A stretch of 64,000 bases of DNA from a virus: positions 15,349 through 79,348 of IMG/VR virus record IMGVR_UViG_3300037557_000128. One strand, given 5' to 3'. The notes under the pieces were generated by a model, which saw only the letters and a program-made list of their open reading frames with translations, was not told the origin of the DNA and made no database searches. Positions 57,001 to 64,000 of this stretch are shown here, piece after piece. Both the position numbers and the translations under genes were made by a program. How positions within the stretch are numbered: position 1 is the stretch's first letter; each line of letters opens with the position of its first letter.

Positions 57001-57770
57001 GCACCTGAAGAGTTCTCGTTTGAAGTACCTTGTGAATTATCTAATAGAGAAGTATCAGATACTTCACTGATTAGTGATTCTTTAATAGTAAGACCTATTC
57101 TATATGAAGGAGCTCCTGAATATTTTTCTAAGATAAGTTCTTGTGCTGGAACCTTGATAAAGAATCCTCTTATGAATATAATACCTTCTTTGATATTTGC
57201 AACAGAACCTAAACCATTTGGGTTGTCTGCATCTGTTTTTGCTTTAACTTCGAACTCATTTTTATTTGCTGTAACAACACTAGGTGTTCCAGTTGCACCC
57301 AAAGTAACCTCTTGTATTTCTTCTACAGGTGTAAATGTGAATGAGTTTTTAGTATCTGTTCCTTGTCTTACATATTTTACAAAAAGAGTAAGTGCATCAT
57401 CTGAAGTTTCTGCAGACGTTGTCATAACTTGTGCAACAACACCTGAAGTTTTTCCTTGATAATATTTTCCTACTGATGCAGTTCTATATGTTTCTGAGTT
57501 TGCATCACCTTCGGCATTTGGGTTTGCAGATTTAACCTTTACATAATAGAGTTCTAAATCAAGTCCTGATTGACAACCTTGAACAATAGACCCTTCTTTG
57601 AATATATGGTCTCCAAATCTTTCGATTTGGTTTTGAAGGATAGATTGGGATTGTATTAATTCACGAGACTGTAACGGTCTACCTGAACGATATAATACCT
57701 TATGGAAGTTCTTGTCTTCCGAAAAATCGTCATAATAGGGGGATACATTTAAATCTGTCTTTTCAGTCAT
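51090..57770 (-). CDS. Giant VrlC/DUF4815-like baseplate-associated protein
   Basis: LNVSPYYDDF...QSILQNQIERFG; RFKSGFLVDNF; DPLAQSF; 2226 aa; follows gp8. Confidence 0.85.
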   Translation of the reverse strand: MTEKTDLNVSPYYDDFSEDKNFHKVLYRSGRPLQSRELIQSQSILQNQIERFGDHIFKEGSIVQGCQSGLDLELYYVKVKSANPNAEGDANSETYRTASVGKYYQGKTSGVVAQVMTTSAETSDDALTLFVKYVRQGTDTKNSFTFTPVEEIQEVTLGATGTPSVVTANKNEFEVKAKTDADNPNGLGSVANIKEGIIFIRGFFIKVPAQELILEKYSGAPSYRIGLTIKESLISEVSDTSLLDNSQGTSNENSSGADRLKIELALSKYSLTTTDDTDFVELIRVNKGIIEIAINKPIYGAIENTMARRTFDASGDFVTQQFTHSLREHLDDTTNRGFYTKVNGGTEDRFVMQVSPGKAYVKGYEIDKVGTSTIAFKKARDATSLDNANTPVRIGNYIKIKNAHSLPEFGNEGGEDSTEPFKPIEIWDSTIPVTSPVGGTKPTSGQIGLARVRNIDLDTGTSSSGIYTDASRHQLYLFDIKMFTKITGTTATAAFAVGDKVVGSISGATGIVAVAASAGAASILVHDVVGTFTAADAISAVGKNDTAVIANVTAVRTYNIDRARSVTQTPLNGAREIFTADIYADQDNTLTGSCTITGNTALTGFGTKFTTQLKEGDIIMDGAVPPVERVVASITSDIAATIGGTGNNLTNANCTRRRVRVFNQDQTAAIASWPRDWVKTHNGESIQIRRQTTVEIGSGAFSISISNGTFAALNTDNFTIAVAEEKAGGSFSKGDLLNIEDMTTNVSGSGGGSGQTLAVSNINVNNNDAVLKITYTANVVDPVSRSKTLRSARCLGVESNRVANGYYGTAYDDEEISLGVADVHKIRGIYEATGGATTPLPPSATFTVSSGSFVNYETVIGQTSNAHAIIIATGGTTYFYYISGTLVNTENVVGQTSNAIATLSNVTAGGQNIMSRYFFDNGQRDGYYDIGKLTLKTGAPKPNNKILIVFDYFTPSGAGDYFDVSSYNAIEYKDIPVYSPSRVDLGGLEPDGTFELSDCVDFRPVVGQIIGTTTFGSNNAQDVTNPVDLSHSTNGAVYSPFGYTTGRSFLGARTGIAETNTNTNDMPVSGSSVVGDISFYVGRYDKVFLHKSGKFQISEGTPALSPTKPKSVDDSIEMFDLYIPPFTKNLKNIRIRSKDHRRFTMSDIGRINNRVTNLERVTSLSLLERDTQTKQILDGDGFDRFKSGFLVDNFRGHRVGDVTHPDYECAIDVKAGAMRPQSYQSFFDIELNTSSSTSYQKTGDLITLPYTESTFVHADKASRISNVNPYSVFSFMGSLKLSPATDIWHDTTQLPEVRINREGNFDAIKSTVENSLGTVWNAWQTTWVGEPTVVSTEVQSTSNGSWSGDPTQGGEWQAGEEVTREITETVETQTRTGVTTSVVEDFVETRGDRIVSVTLIPFCRARTITLDGENLKPNTNHYFFFDSIDVNAYVRPFSTTYSQDNGTSVGSHCKTDGAGRIRAYFELPNNPTQSFATGMREMRVTSSFYNLPNPASACAEVYQAQGLLQSSQTEITSTRNGRVVYEQMNEQRDIISRGESINVNPVDEDAPPIPVDTTEPDPVTGGGFPPAPPSGPGRALDEMDLWEPDRWMDFREMRGWRDPLAQSFLIDSTGGMFMSSVDLYFQTKDDTLPVSVEIRTMHNGYPANVVVPFSTITKNPADVNTSTDGSTATTFTFESPVYLDDGVEYCFVVYTNSDSYNCFVSRMGEKDLATGQTIAEQPYAGSLFKSQNNSTWTAEQTDDLKFHLKRCVFDTTKIPYVSFDNAAIPTQIIQDNPIQTFSGQDYVKVYAYSHGMYHTSSSTTIANVKGDTTGSVLTITATNSGGTPADGTYTPAVTGGSGSGMTVEIVVSSSGSSIVTKITNPGSGYKTTDNNAVCTNYNGACDLAVAINSVGDTLGGMPVDAINASFNALKNIGIDTFCVTPSLSAYNFKTGYTATASTVGGGEREWAKDDDSDSATYNQQIVVGGVTATRDFYFDTLHTMIPNISAQGTKISATVKTTPMYSPEGSISGTVYTKGTTSKPITLNDNSWFSHPSVIASPINETNNMSGVKSFEVGLQLYSNNPNISPVIDVATIGGLGIMNRINNIDSSSDVPTGTTYIDSTQPDGDSNVMTYITRKVSLKTPAQGLRVTADFFRPPTTELKVLYKVLNNDDETPFDDLGWKYFNTTGAPDTTTEADARNFKEYEFTTDDLNEFSAFSIKIVGQGTNTSVVPMVSALRCIAIA

Positions 57771-57818
57771 ATTCCTTAACTCTAAATTTTAGTTAACAGG
57801 GGATTTACTCCCCTATAA

Positions 57819-59291
57819 TTACATTTCAATGATTAACTTAATGTCTTCGATTTGGTCTGCCGCTCTTGTTACTGCACCCCTATTCTCGATATACATTATC
57901 TGTCCTGAATTTTTTACTAATTCAGGGAAGGCTGCATTCACACTTGATACAGTTCCTTTGTTTGAACTTCCCAAGAAAACATTATTTGTAGCTGCAAAGT
58001 TACTAAATCCACCTGCACTATCAGCGATAGGTATATGAGAAACTACATTTCCAGTAATAGAAACTATTCGAGAATTTTTAACACCTGATGCATCTGCGTT
58101 TGCACTTCTAATAACATCGTCAACCGATAAGCCTGATGCATCTGATACAGTCATTTGGTGATAAGCTGCTAGTGAAGTTGCAGTCGCAACTGTTGTTCCA
58201 GTTGAGAATGGGTCTTGAAGTAAACCAATTCGTCTGAAGTCGTTATCAGTTGGGAAATCTCCACCACCTTCACCGAACTCTAATCTTGAGTTTACGATAA
58301 CGTGGTTTCCACCCATTTCTTGTATTGGGTCTGCACCGTGTCCGTATTGAGGTGATATTACAACTTTAACTGTTGCACCATTACCACCACCAATTCCTGA
58401 TAATCCTGTCGTAGTTGTTGCAATTATTATTTGTGCTTCTGTATATCCTGTTCCAAAAGCTGCATTTGTTCCTGTAAATGTAACGTGGGTTACTTTACCA
58501 CCTGCGATAACAACAGTTGCTTTACCACCTGAACCATTACCGACTACTGCAACTTCGTTATAAGTGTTGTTATTGTAACCTGAACCTTCATTGGTAACAA
58601 TTGCGTGGTGACAACCACCATTTACTGCACCATTCTCAACGTCCCATTGTGAAGAACCGTCATTTGTTGCAGTTGTTCCTAATGCACCACTAGCACCGTC
58701 TACTGTAGCCAATGCACCGATTGTTTTAACTGGGATAAAGTCATTAGTTACGAATTTAATTGTATCTGAGGCAGTTACAGTATACATATATTTCCAAAGG
58801 TAACCATACATGGTAGCACCAGTGTCTGAGGTTTCAACTAATGCAGTTGCACTGGTTCCTGTTGGTTTAACAGTTGATGCTACAGTTGTACCACCAGTTG
58901 CTCTTCCTGTTCGAATACATTTATAAACATGATACTCATCAGTCATTACATAGAATCTTGATGCGTATAAAGATGTTGCAGAAGTAGAACTAGATGTGTT
59001 AGATGCACTAATGTCATGTGCATACTCATCATACTTAACTCCTGAAGTCCAATCGTATCTTGTTAATCCATGTGACACATCAGCAGTACCAACTTTTTTC
59101 AATGCAGTCATGTCTGCCCATGCATCAACTTCCTCTGAAGTTCCGTTAACTGGTGTTGGTGGTGAAGTGTCTGTCGGCCACGAATGTGAACGTCCTATAA
59201 ACACATATGTTGAAGAAGCACTTTCTCCAAAATCTTCTTTGAATTGTTTAGCGTTATGTACTCTAAACTTTTCGGTAATAATTGCTGCCAT
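57819..59291 (-). CDS. gp8: Baseplate wedge subunit
   Basis: AIITEKFR...RYDWTSG...YHVYKCI...GYLWKYMY...YIENR...QIEDIKLIIEM. Confidence 0.9.
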   Translation of the reverse strand: MAAIITEKFRVHNAKQFKEDFGESASSTYVFIGRSHSWPTDTSPPTPVNGTSEEVDAWADMTALKKVGTADVSHGLTRYDWTSGVKYDEYAHDISASNTSSSTSATSLYASRFYVMTDEYHVYKCIRTGRATGGTTVASTVKPTGTSATALVETSDTGATMYGYLWKYMYTVTASDTIKFVTNDFIPVKTIGALATVDGASGALGTTATNDGSSQWDVENGAVNGGCHHAIVTNEGSGYNNNTYNEVAVVGNGSGGKATVVIAGGKVTHVTFTGTNAAFGTGYTEAQIIIATTTTGLSGIGGGNGATVKVVISPQYGHGADPIQEMGGNHVIVNSRLEFGEGGGDFPTDNDFRRIGLLQDPFSTGTTVATATSLAAYHQMTVSDASGLSVDDVIRSANADASGVKNSRIVSITGNVVSHIPIADSAGGFSNFAATNNVFLGSSNKGTVSSVNAAFPELVKNSGQIMYIENRGAVTRAADQIEDIKLIIEM

Positions 59292-59309
59292 TTTTCTAAT
59301 CTCCTCAGA

Positions 59310-59346
59310 TATTTATAATACTATTTATGCATTATTGTTATTTATA
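59310..59346 (-). promoter_or_regulatory. Three tandem late promoters before gp8
   Basis: TATAAATA 59339-59346, CATAAATA 59322-59329, TATAAATA 59310-59317. Confidence 0.65.
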
Positions 59347-59349
59347 ACA

Positions 59350-62300
59350 TTAGGCAGACTTAATGTATGCGCTATATGTAATATTTGTTCTTTTTCTTTC
59401 TTGGTTTTCAAATTCAGGGATAAACATATTCGGATAATACTCTGTTAAATCCTGCATTCTCAATCCTTCAGGTTTTGAATCCTCTCTCATTAGGAACGAA
59501 CTACCTGCACTATTGTAATCCGATTCACCGAAAGGTATTCCGTCTTCTAATGCAATGTCATCTCCATGTGTTCCTGAATTGCTTGCAGTTCCATTTTCCT
59601 GTTTAAATAGATATGCAATGTTATAAGTCTGTTGACCTGTAATAGTATTTAGTGAACGAAAAGTACTTCCAAAAGGAACATATGAAGTTATTCCAACCTC
59701 TGACATATCCTCTTGAATAAAGACTTGTTCTGTTTCAGATACTACTCTATCTCCGTCTTCATAATATAAACCACCACTTTCTAATTCTATACTTCTTTCT
59801 GTTGTGAAGTGTGTTATTTCTAAAGTTGTGGTTGCATCTTCTAAACATATTAAATCACTTCCGTCTTCACCTAAAATTCTTTCACCAAACTCTCCTTGAT
59901 GATATACATTTTCTGCAAGTCTGTCGTCCATTCTTAAATAATTTGGTACAGGTTCGTCTAATATCAAACCACCGTCTTCTAATATTAAGTCTTCTTCAAC
60001 TGGTGTGTTTATCTGAATAACCTTGCCTTGGTCTCTAGGTCGTTGTTCATTTTCTATGACCAACCAATCATAATCTTTATTTGCAATGTTCAATACTGAC
60101 ATCACGTTGTCTAGTCTTGGTGAACTCTGAGCTCCATATACAGTTGCAAAGGAATTAATAACATTAATGTTCCAATGACGACTTCTCATCATAGAGTCGT
60201 ACATTTCTGTTCCTTCACCAGTCTGAATACCGTCAACCATTGCGAATGATGATACTGCGTTACCTGTTCTTGGGTCGGTGTTATATGCAGGTTGTCCTGC
60301 CTCTCTTAATAAAGCGAATACGTCAAGTGCTGTTATAAAATCTTCGCAGTCAACAGTACTTCCGTCTTCCATTAAGAGACCATGATTATCTTCTAATAAT
60401 ATGTTTTCTGCAATTGTGTATATCTTAGTAGTAGTTCTCTTATATGTAATCGCTCCTTGTTCGGGTGCTTCTTCTAATACTATATTATGTCTCATGTCAT
60501 AATGCGACAATTCAGAAGTTGGGTTTCCGTCCTCGTCTAATACATATGTTTCATGAGAACTTTCTAACATTATTTCTGAGACATCGTCTCTCAGTAAACT
60601 TTCTTCACCTTCTAAAGAAAAATTATATGATGGTTCTGCATTAATAACAATAACAGGTCTGAATGTAGAAGTCATTGCACTGTCTATATTTTTTTGAATC
60701 GCAACTTCACCAAATACAATATGGCCTGCAGGGTGAAGTAAGTCTTTTACAATACCTCTCCATTTGTTAATTGACTCTCCGACCTTGACAACGTATGAGT
60801 GAGTTTGATATAGTAGACCGTCTTGGATTCTTGATGCGTTTGCGTTAAGTGTTCCATAATCTCCGACTATTTGTTCTTCGATTATACCTTCACCTGCGTA
60901 CAATCCTCTACCGTCAAAGTTATTTCCCTTTATAGTATAGAATGAATCAGCTGCGTTGAATGTAACTTTCTCGTTGTCATAGAACTGACCGTCTAAATCT
61001 CTATAAGTTAGAATGTGTCTATCTGCATCATATGAAACAACTTTTGCAGTAGTTCCTGATAGGGTTCCAGTAATAACCAAATCCCTTAATAGATTGGCAC
61101 TAGGTGTCTTAATGAGTATATTAAAATATGAACTCGAAGAAACTAAACCATCATAATTAAAGTGATTGCCTTGGTCTGTAATGTTTATTGAACCAACACC
61201 ACCAATATCATCTGAGTATGCGAATAGTTTTGCACCTGTTCCTGAAGATACATTATGTTGAACAATTGTTCCTGTAACTGCTGATGGATTAGCAGTAATA
61301 ACTTCACCGACAGCAAAAACACCAGTGTGGGTTGGAAGTCTTTTAATTATAAGTCTATTGTTTTCTGTATCAATACTAGAGATAGTTCCTTTTGCAGTAC
61401 TCGTACCACCTGTAACAACTTCCCCTGCTGTAAATCCTGAAACATCACTTAAGTAAATATAACCGCCTGGAAAAACTTTTGGTATCTCTGTAAATCTTCC
61501 ACCGTCTCTCATTAAGATACTTCTTATTCTTCCGTCATCTGAATTATAGTCAACAACACTTCCGTCTTCGTATGTAACTCTGTTGTATTCAGTATAAAGT
61601 TCTACTAATTGACCAGCTGTCAATGCAGTTTGGAATGTGACTCTATCATTTTGCCAAGTGTAATCTGTAGTAGGTGTTTTTAATACTCCGTCAACATATA
61701 CATCTACTGAGTTGTCATTGAATATAATGTAATGACTATTATCGTCTTTGACTCCTGGCCCACCAATAAGTGTTTTACCTGAAGACGGGTTATTAATCAT
61801 AGCTGCAGTCACAGTAATTTCATAATGTCCAAATACAGACCCACCTTCTAGTAACATTTCATCACCAGTAGAACCAATAATTGCCTCTGCGTTACCACCG
61901 ACTCCGTCTTCGAAGACAATCATATCTCCTGCTTCGTAATTTATGCCTGGCGTTTCAATCATAATCTCTTTGATTGAACCTTCAGTTAAACCATTAACTT
62001 TTGATTTTGTTTCTACTGTATCTGTATCTAATTTAGAACCAGTAATATTGATTAAGTGGTTTAATGAGTATAATGAACCATAAGGATTTGGATTTGTTTC
62101 TAATAATAATCCTGCACCGTCTTCTAAAAGCAAATCACCGTCATCATCATGTTGTAGATAAGTTGAAGAACCTGTAATCACGTCTGATATGATACCGTTG
62201 ACTGTTCCAGTTAGGGTTGTTATACCGTCACGGTCAAGTATTTTAATTGTTGAACCTTCAGTAAAAGTTCCAACATGATTGTTCATAATCTCTAAACTGT

Positions 62301-63195
62301 ATAGTCCAACAGTTGCATTATCAACAAAAACGTTTTCTATAACTGCTTGTGCTTCTATTGTAATTCCAGTAGATGCGTCATATTGGGTTATCTTATCGTT
62401 TGCTTCAGGAATACCATTTGGTATGTTAACTCTCATTCTTCTCTGTTGAGAGTATCCTGATTCACTCACATGAATTGTTTCATCAATAGGGTGTCTTATT
62501 GTTGCATCTTGTTGATACAATATTCTCATTAAGAATTGTACTGATTCTGCAGTACCTTTTTTCTTATAGAGGTCTTTAATATTTTTTATTGTTAATCGTT
62601 TATTTTTTACAGATGCCAAATCGATTGAAGGCATAAAGTCTTGTTGGAAGTAATCTAAGAAATCTTCTGTAGTTTTATCAATATCAGAATAGTCTAGTAG
62701 TCTATTACTTGCAAGAATACTATTTTCTTTATAAGATTTAACTACTGCAGTTTGGTTAGATTTTCTTCCTGTAACCGTCTCACTTGATGCGAAACCATTA
62801 CCTGAAATAGATTTGAGGTATAGTGTATTGCCGTTGATTACCTCAATTTTCGCAACGGACTTACTTGTATTACCGACAAGATACTCTCCTACTTCTAAAG
62901 GGTCTGCATCAGCATCAGGGTTATTCGAGGTTCTCTCGTATAAGATTTTTGATGAATCTTCATCGGGCGAAGGCGATACGGTAGCGCTCTCATAGAGAGC
63001 ACTACCAGTACCATCTTCTAGTTGTAAACTGTCTATATCGCTTTGACTTGAAAGTACTAATACTTCCGCCTCAAGAAACTCAAAATATGCTTTTAGGAAT
63101 GCTTCAAATGCAGGTGATTCTTCTCGTAAATACTCAGGGAGCAACGATGGAATCCTGTATGAGAGTCTATCCTTAAGATATTTGTCATGCGACAT
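59350..63195 (-). CDS. gp7: Baseplate wedge initiator (gp7-like)
   Basis: LPEYLRE...FLKAYFEFLE; IKDLYKKKGT...FLMRILY; IQDGLLYQTHSYVVK...LLHPAG. Confidence 0.8.
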   Translation of the reverse strand: MSHDKYLKDRLSYRIPSLLPEYLREESPAFEAFLKAYFEFLEAEVLVLSSQSDIDSLQLEDGTGSALYESATVSPSPDEDSSKILYERTSNNPDADADPLEVGEYLVGNTSKSVAKIEVINGNTLYLKSISGNGFASSETVTGRKSNQTAVVKSYKENSILASNRLLDYSDIDKTTEDFLDYFQQDFMPSIDLASVKNKRLTIKNIKDLYKKKGTAESVQFLMRILYQQDATIRHPIDETIHVSESGYSQQRRMRVNIPNGIPEANDKITQYDASTGITIEAQAVIENVFVDNATVGLYSLEIMNNHVGTFTEGSTIKILDRDGITTLTGTVNGIISDVITGSSTYLQHDDDGDLLLEDGAGLLLETNPNPYGSLYSLNHLINITGSKLDTDTVETKSKVNGLTEGSIKEIMIETPGINYEAGDMIVFEDGVGGNAEAIIGSTGDEMLLEGGSVFGHYEITVTAAMINNPSSGKTLIGGPGVKDDNSHYIIFNDNSVDVYVDGVLKTPTTDYTWQNDRVTFQTALTAGQLVELYTEYNRVTYEDGSVVDYNSDDGRIRSILMRDGGRFTEIPKVFPGGYIYLSDVSGFTAGEVVTGGTSTAKGTISSIDTENNRLIIKRLPTHTGVFAVGEVITANPSAVTGTIVQHNVSSGTGAKLFAYSDDIGGVGSINITDQGNHFNYDGLVSSSSYFNILIKTPSANLLRDLVITGTLSGTTAKVVSYDADRHILTYRDLDGQFYDNEKVTFNAADSFYTIKGNNFDGRGLYAGEGIIEEQIVGDYGTLNANASRIQDGLLYQTHSYVVKVGESINKWRGIVKDLLHPAGHIVFGEVAIQKNIDSAMTSTFRPVIVINAEPSYNFSLEGEESLLRDDVSEIMLESSHETYVLDEDGNPTSELSHYDMRHNIVLEEAPEQGAITYKRTTTKIYTIAENILLEDNHGLLMEDGSTVDCEDFITALDVFALLREAGQPAYNTDPRTGNAVSSFAMVDGIQTGEGTEMYDSMMRSRHWNINVINSFATVYGAQSSPRLDNVMSVLNIANKDYDWLVIENEQRPRDQGKVIQINTPVEEDLILEDGGLILDEPVPNYLRMDDRLAENVYHQGEFGERILGEDGSDLICLEDATTTLEITHFTTERSIELESGGLYYEDGDRVVSETEQVFIQEDMSEVGITSYVPFGSTFRSLNTITGQQTYNIAYLFKQENGTASNSGTHGDDIALEDGIPFGESDYNSAGSSFLMREDSKPEGLRMQDLTEYYPNMFIPEFENQERKRTNITYSAYIKSA

Positions 63196-63212
63196 ATTAG
63201 TTTCCTATACTA

Positions 63213-63680
63213 TTAACTGATTGTTGAACCAGTGTTGGAAAGTATAAACCATTTGCTTCCGTTCCAATACAGAATCGCAGTTTCACCGATAGCATTGAAC
63301 AATATTGTATCAAAACTAGCTGAAGCTGGACTTGTAATAGTAACAGTCGCAGTATGACCACTTCCATGTACTGAAGAACAATACATGACTTTCAATTGAC
63401 CAGTATCTGTACCGTTATCAAGTGTAGGTGTGATGTTACCTGAAGCTGCTGAGAGACTGAAATCAGTCGCAAAGGAACTTGCAAGGTTAGTCGCACTTGT
63501 TGATACAACAGTAATATCGTCAACTGCTAAGTGAGTTGGGATATTTTCAAATATCTGACCAATGGTCATTTTTTTGTTTACAGGTGTGCCGCCTGGATTG
63601 TCCACAATGTGTAACAAATCATCTGCACCGATGTCAGCGTCTGCTACTTGTGTTAATGCACTTATTTTCTTATCTGCCAT
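63213..63680 (-). CDS. Virion structural protein (KISxL N-terminus)
   Basis: MADKKISAL...DDLLHIVD...NKKMT; C-terminal LYWNGSKWFIL. Confidence 0.7.
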   Translation of the reverse strand: MADKKISALTQVADADIGADDLLHIVDNPGGTPVNKKMTIGQIFENIPTHLAVDDITVVSTSATNLASSFATDFSLSAASGNITPTLDNGTDTGQLKVMYCSSVHGSGHTATVTITSPASASFDTILFNAIGETAILYWNGSKWFILSNTGSTIS

Positions 63681-63763
63681 TTTTGTTTTCTCCTATAAAA
63701 ACCAAGTTAATGGGATGCTACTCTGAGCATGGAACCTACCATCTCAGACCACCTTATACATAA

Positions 63764-64000
63764 TTAATATGTAGAGGAAGACGTAGATTTAAAACCTACA
63801 CCTGCACTACTTTCACCACTTGCGATGGTGTCTACTTCACCGACAACCTTAACATCGGAAGTCGAAATATCAATTAAGATACCTCGTGTCGCAACAACAT
63901 CGTTTCCGTTAGGTATCATGGTGAAGTCAATCGTTGAGTCAACATTAACGGTAGACGTTATGTTAATCGCATTGATTGTAATTAGTCCTGTCGAATAGTC
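63764..64000 (-). CDS. gp6: Baseplate wedge gp6, 3' end only
   Basis: Manual translation ...DYSTGLITINA...IPNGNDVVATRGILIDI...SSTY*; position upstream of gp7/gp8. Confidence 0.75.
   Translation of the reverse strand, partial: DYSTGLITINAINITSTVNVDSTIDFTMIPNGNDVVATRGILIDISTSDVKVVGEVDTIASGESSAGVGFKSTSSSTY

Noticed and set aside
57798-57814. GGGGA-GTAAA-TCCCC hairpin after gp8 as a terminator
   Set aside because: No U-tract follows; it may be a stability or processing stem but cannot be called
239-63763. Other plus-strand ORF-track entries overlapping core genes (e.g. 4037-4453, 40137-40700, 51049-51726, 56884-57459)
   Set aside because: Antisense shadows of well-supported minus-strand genes, with no motifs or expression signals
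1-64000. tRNA, rRNA, introns, homing endonucleases, transposases
   Set aside because: None recognised; intergenic gaps are short and show no cloverleaf, though a tRNAscan/Infernal run is needed to be certain

Overview
This 64-kb window is part of a T4-like myovirus genome. It is AT-rich and its gene set and order resemble marine T4-like phages; the host cannot be determined from this window. Nearly all genes are on the minus strand. In transcription direction (right to left) the order is: baseplate (gp6 3' end, gp7, gp8), a giant VrlC/DUF4815-like protein, a fibre/appendage region, a protein-modification cluster (glycosyltransferase, 2OG-Fe(II) oxygenases, ATP-grasp ligase), the neck-tail-head module (gp13-gp23, with an acyl carrier protein inserted), gp3/uvsY/uvsW, gp55/gp47/gp46, peptide deformylase, a vWA-peptidase plus CobS-like AAA pair, gp45 and gp44. 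The main discovery is two pairs of Pro/Tyr/Gln/Arg-rich repeat proteins (38412-39863 with 37552-38412; 48666-49628 with 47196-47912). In each pair one protein read backwards matches its partner segment by segment in Pro-to-Pro spacing (258 and 172 residues), with aromatic segments opposite small-residue segments. This looks like a 'reverse-complement' code between two polypeptides and suggests antiparallel heterodimeric filaments docked on fibre tips, one ending in a Hint self-processing domain. Also notable are nine apparently leaderless genes, a late promoter divergent to and overlapping the gp55 promoter, and several structured leaders. No tRNA, rRNA, CRISPR array or mobile element was recognised. 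All family calls come from motif recognition and synteny; no database search was run.
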